Shown here in pieces: positions 37,026-47,443 of a stretch of 64,000 bases of DNA. The stretch's first letter is position 1. The number at the start of each line of letters is the position of its first letter. The stretch covers positions 48 through 64,047 of the forward strand of contig JAIOOW010000003.1 of NCBI GenBank assembly GCA_021414205.1, given 5' to 3'. The DNA is from Candidatus Anderseniibacteriota bacterium. GTDB taxonomy: Bacteria; Patescibacteriota; Andersenbacteria; UBA10190. A program made the position numbers and the translations under genes. The notes under the pieces were generated by a model. That model searched no databases and was not told the DNA's origin. It saw nothing but the letters and a program-made list of their open reading frames with translations.

Positions 37026-37595
37026 ATGAAATCAGATATTGTCTCGTATCTTATCATCGCCCTATGCGCGGGATGCGTATTTTTTGCGCAGCAACACATT
37101 CAAATTCCTGCAAATCCGCTCATCGCTGTTCCAGATAGCTTGCAACACATCAACTTTCATACACCAGTCATCACAACCGGCCTTGTCCTACCAGCGCATA
37201 TAGCCACCAACATGGTAGTCGGACCAGATCAAGGGACGATTATTATAAATAGCCTGGTTAGCATAGAAAAAAACGCATCCCTCACAATACAACCAGGAAC
37301 CACGCTTGCGGTGAGTGAATTCGGAGGCTTAAACGTATTCGGATCCCTATACGCCGTAGGCACCACAAATAAACCAATATCGTTTATCACCAACGAATTA
37401 AACGAGACAAACCGACATTGGGTGGGCATACTACTTCAAGACTTCAGCACATCACACATAAGTAACGTATCAATCCACCATGCATCTCCCGCAATAAGTT
37501 GCTCCGGTCAAGCGAAAACAAGCATTCAGCACATCACTTTTCTACTTGACGCCGTCGGGAATGCACGCAACACTGCTAACTGCACTATACAATAA
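37026..37595 (+). CDS. Membrane-anchored protein with a short beta-helix-like domain
   Basis: N-terminal TM; LTIQPGT..., GSL.AVGT..KPI.F...W.GI pattern. Confidence 0.65.
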   Translation: MKSDIVSYLIIALCAGCVFFAQQHIQIPANPLIAVPDSLQHINFHTPVITTGLVLPAHIATNMVVGPDQGTIIINSLVSIEKNASLTIQPGTTLAVSEFGGLNVFGSLYAVGTTNKPISFITNELNETNRHWVGILLQDFSTSHISNVSIHHASPAISCSGQAKTSIQHITFLLDAVGNARNTANCTIQ

Positions 37596-37599
37596 TACT

Positions 37600-38112
37600 A
37601 TGTCCGGACATTCTAAATGGAGCCAAATAAAACGAGCGAAGGAAGTTACCGATAAAAAGAGGAGCCAGTTATTCGGCAAGCTTTCTCATGACATTTTGAT
37701 TGCTTCTGTATCCGGGACGGACCCAAAGGCAAACGCTGCCCTGCAAGACGCGATCGCGAAAGCGAGAAAAGGAAATATGCCCCAGAGCAATATTGATCGC
37801 CTTTTAGAACGCCAAGCAAAAAAGGGTACGCAGACAGTAACGTACGAGGGTTTTGGGCCAGGAGGAATTGCTATTCTTATTATTACCCTTACTGATAACC
37901 CAAATAGAACCGTCGCAGAAATCAGAGCAATTATGAAATCGCACGGAATGCAGCTTGGCGTTCCGGGAAGCGTTCAGTGGAAATTCGATGAGCAAAAAAA
38001 CCCAAAGTATCCCGTCCAACTAGAAGGCGAATTGAAAGATGCTGCAGACGCACTTGTTGATGAATTAGAATCACACAACGACACTGTGCAAATCGTTACA
38101 GATATTTTATAA
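37600..38112 (+). CDS. yebC: YebC/PmpR family protein (short form)
   Basis: MSGHSKWSQIKR, YEGFGPGG, TDNPNRT motifs; 170 aa. Confidence 0.92.
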   Translation: MSGHSKWSQIKRAKEVTDKKRSQLFGKLSHDILIASVSGTDPKANAALQDAIAKARKGNMPQSNIDRLLERQAKKGTQTVTYEGFGPGGIAILIITLTDNPNRTVAEIRAIMKSHGMQLGVPGSVQWKFDEQKNPKYPVQLEGELKDAADALVDELESHNDTVQIVTDIL

Positions 38113-38119
38113 TATACAT

Positions 38120-38587
38120 ATGATTATCCTCGGACTGGACCCGGGCATTGCTCGGACCGGTTATGGAATTATAAACACCGATGCTCCTTTTCAATTCGTT
38201 ACATGCGGATGTATTACGACGCTCCCCATATACCCACTCGAGCAACGACTAGATATTATTGCGCAAGATGTAACGAATCTTATAGATACGTACAATCCAG
38301 ACATTGGAGTTGTCGAGGAAATATTCTTTGGAAGAAACACAACTACGGCGATGAAAACCGCTCATGTGCGCGGAGTACTCCTCCAAATTCTGCATGCACG
38401 CCATATAACAGTTCAGGAACTCACGCCGCTTCAGATCAAATCTCGACTTACAGGGTATGGGGCTGCAACAAAAACACAAATACAAAACATGATAAAACAA
38501 CAACTACGCTTAACTTCTATCCCTCAACCAGATGATGCTGCAGACGCATTGGCGGCAGCATTATGCGCTGAAAAAATAACACTATGA
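38120..38587 (+). CDS. ruvC: Holliday junction resolvase RuvC
   Basis: ILGLDPG..RTGYG, VEEIFF, TGYG.A.K.Q, PDDAADALA motifs. Confidence 0.97.
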   Translation: MIILGLDPGIARTGYGIINTDAPFQFVTCGCITTLPIYPLEQRLDIIAQDVTNLIDTYNPDIGVVEEIFFGRNTTTAMKTAHVRGVLLQILHARHITVQELTPLQIKSRLTGYGAATKTQIQNMIKQQLRLTSIPQPDDAADALAAALCAEKITL

Positions 38588-40122
38588 AACCATTTTTCCA
38601 ACAGACAATTTTAACATCTCTATGCGCAGGAGTAATCTTTGGAACTGCACTACTGGCGCATGCCCAAGACACGCCTCAGAACAAACTATCCGTACATATC
38701 ACCCAAGGAAGCAATCAGTCATTCGTTGGAAAATTAAACAACTTCTCTCTTGCAGATCAGCAAAATCTGGACCCAGCTCACATAAACACTGTCTGGACAT
38801 TTGGAGATGGCACAAAGTCAGAAGGATCTTCCGTGAGCCACGCATATAAACTATCCGGCACATATGCAGTAAAAGTTACACAGACAGACGATAGCGGACA
38901 AATTGCCGAAGATACTACGCAGATTACCGTTTTCACTCACGTAGCAATCCTACTCATCGATAATTCATTCCCAAGCGATCAAATAGAAGTGAAGCAACAA
39001 GAAGCTGCCCGCGAACAAGTTCTTCTTGTCGTTATTCAGCCAAAAACAAACGGACCAGAAACAGTAACAGAAGAAGCGCTTACTAATCAATTACTGGATG
39101 CGCGCGACGCCGTATTAAAAGCGAACTATATCCTCGTTGAAACTTCTGGAAGCGTTGGATCGAGCGCATTATCGAAGCTTGCACAGCACATCAAACAGTC
39201 CTCGGACTTATCGTTTGAAGACTTGGGAATCAAAGATAAGGGTATCTTCATACTATCAAACACCCCCTTTGGAGTCTTGGCGCCCGCAGCACAGTCCGCG
39301 TTCGATCAACTACGACCAAATTACGTCCTGCTTACAAAACCAGAGGCAATGGATTTGATTCTCGAACCGATGACGGCTGAGGAAGCTAAGCAAACTATTA
39401 TCACCTCCCCAATCGACCATCGACTGCTTGGTCCATTTAGTGCACGCACCGTAAAAGACATAGGAATTACTAATTTCATATCATTCGGAATCAATTACTT
39501 AGTAAATAAAGGTGTGCCTATAAATAGCATCACCCTTATCTTAATGCTGCCCGTCATCGCCACTATTCTATCTTTCTCGCGACAAGTAATCGGAATGAAG
39601 GCGTTTGGACTCGTGACCCCAACCATGACAACACTCAGCTTTCTCGTGATGGGTCTTCCATATGGCCTCATTATCTTTTCCGCGGTACTGCTTTCAGGAA
39701 CGCTCACTCGTCTCATCCTCAAACGCCTACATCTCCTCTACTTGCCTCGCATGGCCCTCGTCTTAACAAGCGCCAGTATTGCGATATTGCTCGTATTCGG
39801 ACTTGGCGCGTCTACTGACAATTCGATCCTAGCCTCATTCTCCATATTCCCCATCCTAATGCTCACCTTACTTGCAGAAGAATTTATCGCACTACAATTT
39901 AAGTCTGGAGCAAAAAGCGCATTCACCGTCACTACCTGGACGCTCGTATTATCTATCGGATGTTACTTTATTGTCAGCTGGCAACTGCTTCGAACAATTA
40001 TTGTGTCCTATCCGGAAATTGTCTTGTTGACGCTTCCTCTTAACATCTTGTTCGGCCGATGGAGCGGACTACGCATCACGGAATACATTCGATTCCGCCA
40101 CCTTCTTCGATACATCCAATAA
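38584..40122 (+). CDS. PKD domain + 7TM (transglutaminase-associated type) membrane protein
   Basis: WTFGDG...VSHAY..SGTY PKD signature; LMLP..AT....RQVIG.KAFG, PR, FP, G.W.GLRITE..RF 7TM pattern. Confidence 0.8.
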   Translation: MKPFFQQTILTSLCAGVIFGTALLAHAQDTPQNKLSVHITQGSNQSFVGKLNNFSLADQQNLDPAHINTVWTFGDGTKSEGSSVSHAYKLSGTYAVKVTQTDDSGQIAEDTTQITVFTHVAILLIDNSFPSDQIEVKQQEAAREQVLLVVIQPKTNGPETVTEEALTNQLLDARDAVLKANYILVETSGSVGSSALSKLAQHIKQSSDLSFEDLGIKDKGIFILSNTPFGVLAPAAQSAFDQLRPNYVLLTKPEAMDLILEPMTAEEAKQTIITSPIDHRLLGPFSARTVKDIGITNFISFGINYLVNKGVPINSITLILMLPVIATILSFSRQVIGMKAFGLVTPTMTTLSFLVMGLPYGLIIFSAVLLSGTLTRLILKRLHLLYLPRMALVLTSASIAILLVFGLGASTDNSILASFSIFPILMLTLLAEEFIALQFKSGAKSAFTVTTWTLVLSIGCYFIVSWQLLRTIIVSYPEIVLLTLPLNILFGRWSGLRITEYIRFRHLLRYIQ

Positions 40123-40127
40123 GCGCT

Positions 40128-41441
40128 ATGGCGGCATTTCTAAACAAAAAATGGGGAGATATTTTGGGCATGAATTCTCGCATGTTGGATTATATTATCA
40201 AATCCAATTCACCTGAATCGATCCGTATTGCAAACAATAAATTAGCTACAAAAAAAGCTCTTCAAAAAGCAGGGTTAGCAACTCCTCGCCTGTTCGCAGT
40301 AGTCCGCAATCGAACTGAATTACGAAAATTCAGATGGACAAAACTCCCCGCTTCTTTTGTGCTAAAACCAACATCCTCCTCTGGTGGAGGTGGAATTATC
40401 GTAATGTTCGGCAGAAACAAAAAAGGTAACTGGGTAAAAGCGAATAAGACGGAAGTTTTTATTCCTGAGCTCAAGGCTCATATTCAAGATATTTTGGATG
40501 GAAACTTCTCAAAAGGAAATGTCCCAGATACCGCCTTTTTTGAACAACGAGTAAAGATTCATGCAACATTAAAGCCCTATTGCGTAAAAGGAATTCCGGA
40601 TGTCCGAGTCATTATCTACAACCAAGTCCCCGTGATGGCCATGCTCCGGTTACCCACCGAAGAATCTCACGGCCGGGCAAACCTCCATACTGGCGGAATT
40701 GGTGCGGGGATAGACATATCGACCGGACTCACAACGTCAGCTATTCGACACCACAAGCCAATAGACAAAACGCCACATAATCACTTGCGAATTTCCGGCA
40801 TCCAAATTCCGTTCTGGGACGACATTCTCTTGCTTGCTTCACGAGCGGCTCAGGCATGCGGACTTAATTATGTTGGGGTTGATATCGCAATCGACAGAGA
40901 CGACGGTCCGCTCGTTCTTGAAGTAAACGCGCGGCCGGGATTAGACATACAATTCGCTAACCTTTCTCCGCTCAAGTCTCGCCTGCGCAGAGTGGAGGGG
41001 TTAAAAATGAAAAGCATCGAAAAAAAAATACAACTGGCAAAAAACTTATTTGGCGCTGAGTTAGACCAGGAAATTGAAGATATTTACGGCCATACCGTGC
41101 TTGGAATTGAAGAAGAGGTCATTATCTTTGATCATGAAGGGCGACAATACCCCGTGCTTGCAAAAATAGATACTGGCGCATACAGAACTACTATAGATGA
41201 AAACCTGGCTATTCGTCTGGGCATCAATTCCCCTGTCATTATCCACAAAGGCGTCCGAGGAGCGCTCGGAAGGCAAACTCGGCCCGTAATCTCCCTGGAA
41301 ATGTCTCTCAGAAATAGGAATATTAAAACACATGCCTCTCTTATTGACCGTTCTCATATGAAATACGATATGATTATAGGAAGGCGTGACATGAAGGGGT
41401 TTTACGTAAATCCTTCTAAAATACGCCAAACAGTCTTATAG
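40128..41441 (+). CDS. Alpha-L-glutamate-ligase-like ATP-grasp enzyme fused to a retropepsin-like aspartic peptidase domain
   Basis: ILGMNSR, FVLKP..GGGI, PDVRVI, AMLRLPT..S.GRANLH.GG, LEVNARPGL; C-terminal AKIDTGA and IIGRR. Start refined to ATG 40128. Confidence 0.88.
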   Translation: MAAFLNKKWGDILGMNSRMLDYIIKSNSPESIRIANNKLATKKALQKAGLATPRLFAVVRNRTELRKFRWTKLPASFVLKPTSSSGGGGIIVMFGRNKKGNWVKANKTEVFIPELKAHIQDILDGNFSKGNVPDTAFFEQRVKIHATLKPYCVKGIPDVRVIIYNQVPVMAMLRLPTEESHGRANLHTGGIGAGIDISTGLTTSAIRHHKPIDKTPHNHLRISGIQIPFWDDILLLASRAAQACGLNYVGVDIAIDRDDGPLVLEVNARPGLDIQFANLSPLKSRLRRVEGLKMKSIEKKIQLAKNLFGAELDQEIEDIYGHTVLGIEEEVIIFDHEGRQYPVLAKIDTGAYRTTIDENLAIRLGINSPVIIHKGVRGALGRQTRPVISLEMSLRNRNIKTHASLIDRSHMKYDMIIGRRDMKGFYVNPSKIRQTVL

Positions 41442-41444
41442 CCT

Positions 41445-44270
41445 ATGCCTACACGCAAATACAACAGACATCACCATATCGCGACATCGCTCTCGCGTAG
41501 ATTTTTTACAAAAAAAATCTTTTTTCGAGCGCTCTCTGGCATAGGAATTCTGCTCATAGTATTTGCCGGCGTAGTGCTCTGGTGGAGTCGAGACTTACCA
41601 GATCCGAGCAAGCTGCAGCCCGGCCATGTAGCCGAATCTACGAAAATATACGACTCAACCGGCACACAGCTATTGTATGAGGTTGGCGATATTAAACACA
41701 CAGAAGTGCCCCTTGATCAAATATCCAAATTCGCTGTTGATGCCCTGCTAGCAGCCGAAGACGACCAATTCTATAACGAACATGGCATATCTATCACGGG
41801 CATACTGCGCGGCGTTATCTTAAAACCCCTAAGCGGACAGCGAGCTGAGGGGGGTTCTACTATTACTCAGCAACTGGTAAAAAATTCCTTACTCACATCC
41901 GACAGAACCATTCAAAGAAAAGTAAAAGAATTGGTGTTGTCCTTGGAATTAGAGCAGCGATTCTCAAAAGACCAAATACTTTCAATGTATTTAAATAGTA
42001 TTCCATACGGAAGTCGTGCATACGGGATAGAGTCTGCCTCACAAACGTTTTTTGGAAAATCGTCAAAAGATCTCGATATATCTCAAGCAGCCATCCTTGC
42101 AGCGCTCGTTCAAGCACCAAGCCACTATTCTCCATACGGATCATACCTCGATGATTTAAAAACTCGCCAACAATACATTATTGGACGAATGGCGACGCTT
42201 AACATGATAACGAAAGACCAGGCAGAACAAGCAAAAGCAGAACCTCTCGCTTTCCAGCCTCAAACTGACAACATCATTGCGCCACACTTCGTTTTCTATA
42301 TTCAAGACCTCCTCGACCAAGAATACGGCGCGCAAGTAGTTGATCAAGGTGGCTTAAAAATCATCACCACACTTGATATGCGTTTACAGAAAATAGCAGA
42401 GGATACGCTCAAGAAATATCAAGCGAAACTCACTGCGAATGGTGCAAAAAATGCCTCAATCGTCGCAATTGATCCGAAAAATGGAAATATTCTGGCAATG
42501 GTCGGCTCAATTGATTATTTCAATAAGGATATCGATGGAAACGTGAACGTATCTATCCGAAATCGCTCCCCAGGATCATCGTTCAAGCCTTTTATATACG
42601 CACAAGCGTTTGCGGAAGGATATAGACCGGAAACCCTATTAGTTGACGCCAACACTGACTTCGGCCAAGGATACACTCCTCAAAACTACGACCTCAAAGA
42701 ACACGGGATCGTATCAATGAGAACGGCACTCGACAACTCTCTTAATATTCCCGCCGTAAAAACACTTTACTTAGCAGGTGTTAAGAATGTCGTAGCGCTT
42801 GCCCAAAAAATGGGTATTCCAACTCTGACAAACCCTGATCAATACGGGCTATCTCTTGCGCTTGGAGGTGGCGACGTAACCCTTCTCGACATGACGTCGG
42901 CATATGGCGTATTTGCAAACGAAGGGGTCCAATTTCCTCCGCGAGCTATCTTGAAAATCGATCACGGAAGTCAGAACGTATTCGACTCAAGTAAAAATCA
43001 GCCTCAAGGCAATGCAGCACTTGATCCTCAAATAGCGCGGATTGTTACAAACGTACTATCGGACAATAATGCCCGCGGCATGGTATTCGGGCTTAACAGC
43101 TATTTGCAGCTTGGAGCACGCCCGGTTGCTGCTAAAACAGGAACCTCTCAAGACTTTAGAGACGGTTGGACATACGGGTATACCCCTTCCCTAGTTGCTG
43201 GTGTATGGACGGGCAATAATGATAACTCCCCAATGAGAAATAACTCAGACGGGGTCGTAACTGCCGGTCCTATTTGGAACACATTTATGAAACAAGCCCT
43301 CAGCAATACTCCAATAGAACAGTTCACCGCTCCAGAACCTCTCTCGCCGGCAAGCAATAGCATGGTCAACGGACAATTACCGCAAGTCAAAGGAAAATGG
43401 GTTGCGGACACCCAAACACTCTATACCCCAGACTGTCCGATTGACGCGGGAGAAATGAGGACGTTTGAAGAAGTGCACAGTATTCTATTTTATACGAGAA
43501 GAGGTGACCCGAATGGCCCACCTCCTGCCCAAGCAGAGTCAGACCCTCAATTCGCCAGCTGGGAAAATGGCGTATCGGCATGGATAGCTAAGCAGAATCA
43601 AGCAAACCAAGCAGACCCAACGCAGCCAATATACACATCCTCGCTTCCGACCCCTTCGTGCAACATAGGAAGCTCCGATGAATTGCCTCAAGTGCGCATC
43701 ACTTCGCCTGCAGAAACAATTCTTCGAAGCAGTCCCGTAACAGTTACTGCCACCGTCGACTCTAGCCACCCACTCAAGACTGTTCGCTTCTTGCTCGATG
43801 GACAAGAAATAGCCTCATTGCAACCAGGCGACTCTTATAAGGCATCCTTCTCATTCCCTTCATCATTCGCAGGAAGAAAAACACTCGTTATTCAAGCTAT
43901 AACACAGGATAACCTCATTGGAACGGCACACAGGACCTTTATTATCAATCCAGATCCATCAGCTCCAATCGTTACCCTAAACGTCCCTCAAAATGGCTCA
44001 ACCGTGGCATCTCTGCCATACACCATCAAAGTAACTGCAACGGCCCACGCAGGCATAGACTTTGTAGATATTCTATACACAAAAGATGGTGGAAACGGCA
44101 CGCAACGAATTGCGCGAGTAACTGCTCCATCTGCAAGCGGTCCTAATAGATGGGACACCACCTGGCAAGACTCAAGCGGTCCGGGAACATACCACATATA
44201 CGCTGTTGCATACGACAAGACAGGCAACACGACGCAATCAAGCGTAAATACCGTAAACGTTCAGCAATAA
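41445..44270 (+). CDS. Class A penicillin-binding protein (PBP1A family) with C-terminal Ig-like domains
   Basis: AEDDQFY.E.G, GGSTITQQL, RKVKE transglycosylase motifs; SSFK, SLN, KTG transpeptidase motifs. Confidence 0.95.
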   Translation: MPTRKYNRHHHIATSLSRRFFTKKIFFRALSGIGILLIVFAGVVLWWSRDLPDPSKLQPGHVAESTKIYDSTGTQLLYEVGDIKHTEVPLDQISKFAVDALLAAEDDQFYNEHGISITGILRGVILKPLSGQRAEGGSTITQQLVKNSLLTSDRTIQRKVKELVLSLELEQRFSKDQILSMYLNSIPYGSRAYGIESASQTFFGKSSKDLDISQAAILAALVQAPSHYSPYGSYLDDLKTRQQYIIGRMATLNMITKDQAEQAKAEPLAFQPQTDNIIAPHFVFYIQDLLDQEYGAQVVDQGGLKIITTLDMRLQKIAEDTLKKYQAKLTANGAKNASIVAIDPKNGNILAMVGSIDYFNKDIDGNVNVSIRNRSPGSSFKPFIYAQAFAEGYRPETLLVDANTDFGQGYTPQNYDLKEHGIVSMRTALDNSLNIPAVKTLYLAGVKNVVALAQKMGIPTLTNPDQYGLSLALGGGDVTLLDMTSAYGVFANEGVQFPPRAILKIDHGSQNVFDSSKNQPQGNAALDPQIARIVTNVLSDNNARGMVFGLNSYLQLGARPVAAKTGTSQDFRDGWTYGYTPSLVAGVWTGNNDNSPMRNNSDGVVTAGPIWNTFMKQALSNTPIEQFTAPEPLSPASNSMVNGQLPQVKGKWVADTQTLYTPDCPIDAGEMRTFEEVHSILFYTRRGDPNGPPPAQAESDPQFASWENGVSAWIAKQNQANQADPTQPIYTSSLPTPSCNIGSSDELPQVRITSPAETILRSSPVTVTATVDSSHPLKTVRFLLDGQEIASLQPGDSYKASFSFPSSFAGRKTLVIQAITQDNLIGTAHRTFIINPDPSAPIVTLNVPQNGSTVASLPYTIKVTATAHAGIDFVDILYTKDGGNGTQRIARVTAPSASGPNRWDTTWQDSSGPGTYHIYAVAYDKTGNTTQSSVNTVNVQQ

Positions 44271-44281
44271 GCGCCCAAAAA

Positions 44282-44992
44282 CTACGATGGATGCATGAAT
44301 TCTTTCCAGCGAAGATACAGCTCCGCCGTCGCGATAATGTCGCGAGCGTTATACTGGGCAATTTCAAATCCGCGCCCATCCTTATACGCCTGGGCCACAT
44401 CTTTACCAGCAATTCCACCGCCCTTTGGGCTCTCAATACCCATTGCAGTTGTCCATAAGTGCAGACTTCCCGCCCGCTGCACAGACCCATAATATCGCAA
44501 TTGGTCATATAAATCGGTGTGTATCATTCCACCCCAAGACTTATTGCCGAATCGATTACTCATCAAATCACGCGATACGTGCACGCCATTAACACCAGAA
44601 CGCGCGATCAAATAAGGAATATCAAACCCGCGCCCATTGAATGTTATACACTCATCGTACTGAGAAACGCCTCCCCAAAACGCCTCTAACATACTCTTTT
44701 CGCTCCTTTGTTTGTAGGTAATATTACCCTCAACAACTTCCCCATGCTCAGCCGTAGGGTCTTGGAAAGAAACAACCCCAGTCTTCTGCTCTAGGTCATA
44801 TACCCCAATCACAACAACCTGCCCCATCAATGGAGAAAACTGCAGTTCCTGGACGCGCTTATTAAACTCCTCATCATATTCGGGGGTTCCTTTCTCAAAT
44901 CCAATATGCTCAAGAATGTCTTTTTTTGTGACCTCGTCAAAGGCATCAAAATCATTCCCAACCGTCTCAATGTCTACAACAATTCGTTTCAT
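44282..44992 (-). CDS. DEDD 3'-5' exonuclease (PolB-exo-like, RNase H fold)
   Basis: VDIET (ExoI), TFNGRGFD (ExoII), YNARD (ExoIII). Confidence 0.85.
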   Translation of the reverse strand: MKRIVVDIETVGNDFDAFDEVTKKDILEHIGFEKGTPEYDEEFNKRVQELQFSPLMGQVVVIGVYDLEQKTGVVSFQDPTAEHGEVVEGNITYKQRSEKSMLEAFWGGVSQYDECITFNGRGFDIPYLIARSGVNGVHVSRDLMSNRFGNKSWGGMIHTDLYDQLRYYGSVQRAGSLHLWTTAMGIESPKGGGIAGKDVAQAYKDGRGFEIAQYNARDIIATAELYLRWKEFMHPS

Positions 44993-44994
44993 AT

Positions 44995-45267
44995 CTACTC
45001 CAGCATAACGCGAATACTCCCAATCTCACAATCCAGCTCTTTTTTCACCTTCTCACGCACGTCATGCTCAGCGAGAAGCGCCGTCTGGGCAGCCAAGGGG
45101 TCATGAAGACGAATACGAACAATAACCCCCATGCCGCTGACTGCGCAGTACACCGCATCTGTGTGTAATAGCTCGCGATAAAAATGCTCAACGTAATACT
45201 GAATATCGGCATCAGTAATGTCCACTGATCGCTTCTCAAATAATCCAGATACCGACTGAAAAGCCAT
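44995..45267 (-). CDS. Small protein, DciA/DUF721-like candidate
   Basis: 90 aa directly after recF; RIRLHDPLAAQ..L....V...I.SIRV pattern. The call rests largely on synteny. Confidence 0.5.
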   Translation of the reverse strand: MAFQSVSGLFEKRSVDITDADIQYYVEHFYRELLHTDAVYCAVSGMGVIVRIRLHDPLAAQTALLAEHDVREKVKKELDCEIGSIRVMLE

Positions 45268-45274
45268 AACAAAC

Positions 45275-46339
45275 CTACGAGGAAGCAAGCGTCCTGATAT
45301 CAATAATAGCAACATCGCTCTTCGCCCGAATTGCTTCTGGAATCGATGTACACGTCAAAATTGTTTGCGATCCAGGAAGGTGACTCAGCAAACTCTCCTG
45401 CCTTACAGGGTCAAGCTCGCTCAATATTTCATCGAAAAGCAAAATTGGATTCCGACCTATTCGTTGCTCTATAAAGGCGCGAGAAGCAACCTTAATAGCA
45501 ATAACAAGTCCTCGAACTTGACCCCGAGAAAGTACCGCATCCGCCGGCCTACCATCTACAGCAACAGCTAGATCATCTCGATGAGGGCCATAAAGCGTAT
45601 GCTTATATTTTTTCTCATACTCCCAAGATTCGTACAAAATATCTCCCAAGGACTCAGTAGATGGTGCGCCTAATGTAAGGGAAACCCGAATATCCCGATC
45701 TTCAAAAAAAAGTTCTTTATACAGTGCGGAAACACGATTATTTAAAAAATCCACAAACTCAAGCCGCTCAAACCAAATCGGCTGTGCATATTCAACCAAC
45801 AAGCTCGTCCAAGCCTGAATATCTTCAAACGTTTTCGCATGCTTAATCGCCATATTCCGCTGACGCAATACTCTATGATATTGAACAATACTAGATAAAT
45901 ACTTCTGAGAACCCGCAAGCGCAGAATTTAAGAAATTTCTCCTTCCGACCGGCCCCCTATTGAACAAAAACGCATCCTCTGGGAGAAAAGCTACGTAAGG
46001 ATACTTCCCGAAAAACGTAACAGGAGAAACGAGGGATCCATTTTCCTGAATACGCATTTTTTTCTGCGCCACAGTGTACTCAACCGACAGCTTTACTAAC
46101 CCCTCCTCCGTATCAACCTGCCCCTGAACCACAAAACTATCCCTTCCCCAAGAAACGCACTCCTCTGCCCGCGAACGAAACGATCTCGCACGAAGCATCA
46201 TAACAATTGCTTCTAAAAAATTGGTTTTTCCGCTTGCGTTTGGGGCCAAAACTGCAATAAGGGGCGCTTCTGGAAAAACAAGCTGATCAATATGATCAAA
46301 ATTCCGAAACTGGTGCGCCGAAAAAGAATAAATTCTCAT
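45275..46339 (-). CDS. recF: DNA replication/repair protein RecF
   Basis: FRN, PNASGKTNFLEAI, RSFR, QRN, GPHRDD, SRGQ, LLFDEILSELD motifs. Confidence 0.93.
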   Translation of the reverse strand: MRIYSFSAHQFRNFDHIDQLVFPEAPLIAVLAPNASGKTNFLEAIVMMLRARSFRSRAEECVSWGRDSFVVQGQVDTEEGLVKLSVEYTVAQKKMRIQENGSLVSPVTFFGKYPYVAFLPEDAFLFNRGPVGRRNFLNSALAGSQKYLSSIVQYHRVLRQRNMAIKHAKTFEDIQAWTSLLVEYAQPIWFERLEFVDFLNNRVSALYKELFFEDRDIRVSLTLGAPSTESLGDILYESWEYEKKYKHTLYGPHRDDLAVAVDGRPADAVLSRGQVRGLVIAIKVASRAFIEQRIGRNPILLFDEILSELDPVRQESLLSHLPGSQTILTCTSIPEAIRAKSDVAIIDIRTLASS

Positions 46340-46342
46340 ACA

Positions 46343-47443
46343 CTACGCCTGAATAGGCATCACAACATACGTATACACACTCCCCTTATCCTGCTGCCGA
46401 AATACGAGGGGGTCATATTGCCCGGAGAAAAACAACACACATTCACTACTCGTTATATGGGAGATGCCATCAATAATATACTGAATATTAACAAGAACAG
46501 ACATGTCCTCACCCTCGCCAGAAATCGGTAATCTAACTTCACCCTCGCCAAGCTCACCACCAGCAACTTTAGTAACAAGCTCCTGTTCACCAAACTTAAT
46601 AACAACAGACACCCGCCGCGACTCCTTTGGCAGGAAAACAGATACCGTTTTTAATGCTCGAGATAACTCACTCCTCCCCACACGAACCTCGCTCGTGTGC
46701 GTAGTTGGAATAATATCCTCATACCGAGGATACTCCCCATCAACAATTCGAGAAGTTAACTCAACACCATCAGCACTAAATGAAATATAATTATCATGAA
46801 TCGCCACCCGAACTTGCGACTGCCCCGTAAATAACCGAGTAACCTCCTGCGCAGAAGAAAGCGGTAAAATCGCAGAAACATCCCCTTGAAAATCACTCTC
46901 AACTACATATTCAGCCAAGCGAAAAGAGTCCGTTGCGGCAATCCGTAACTTTTTCTCTCTCCACACCAGAAATACGCTGCGAATCTCAGGGCGAGTCTCC
47001 TCACGAGCAGCAGAAAATAGTACGCGACTAAGCCCTCCACATAAATCATCACCAGATAACGTAACAAGCTGATCCCCACCAGCTTCTGGGAGTAGTGGGT
47101 ATTCTTCCGGATCAGATGAAGAAAATTGTGCGCGAAAACCTTTTGTAGAAATGTGCACAAGCTCACCTTTGCGTTCAAGAGTAATTGGGTTTCCAGAAGG
47201 AAGCTGTTGCACATACTCAAAAAAACGCTTCGCAGGAAGCACGCAGCTACCCTCAGCGTCCATTTTCCCACCAATAATGGTCCGTACTCCAACTTCCAGA
47301 TCCGTCGTTGTTAGGATGAGTGTATTTTGCTCTACGCGAAGAAGTATGTGTTGCAAGATTGGTAGTTGAGAATTCTTCCCAGCAATAGGCGCTGTGTTAG
47401 ATACGCCTCGTAATAAGTTTTCCTGCGTGCACGTGAACTTCAT
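46343..47443 (-). CDS. dnaN: DNA polymerase III beta clamp
   Basis: LPIL, TDLE, ATDSFRLA, SRIVDGEYP, VVMPI motifs. Confidence 0.96.
   Translation of the reverse strand: MKFTCTQENLLRGVSNTAPIAGKNSQLPILQHILLRVEQNTLILTTTDLEVGVRTIIGGKMDAEGSCVLPAKRFFEYVQQLPSGNPITLERKGELVHISTKGFRAQFSSSDPEEYPLLPEAGGDQLVTLSGDDLCGGLSRVLFSAAREETRPEIRSVFLVWREKKLRIAATDSFRLAEYVVESDFQGDVSAILPLSSAQEVTRLFTGQSQVRVAIHDNYISFSADGVELTSRIVDGEYPRYEDIIPTTHTSEVRVGRSELSRALKTVSVFLPKESRRVSVVIKFGEQELVTKVAGGELGEGEVRLPISGEGEDMSVLVNIQYIIDGISHITSSECVLFFSGQYDPLVFRQQDKGSVYTYVVMPIQA

Noticed and set aside
36896-37138. 80-aa ORF across the structured intergenic region
   Set aside because: Non-ATG start, no motif, overlaps the 37026 gene; the region is better explained by RNA structure.
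47423-47440. parS-like palindrome GTGCACGTGAAC at the start of dnaN
   Set aside because: Only the CACGTG core matches; the flanks deviate from TGTTTCACGTGAAACA.
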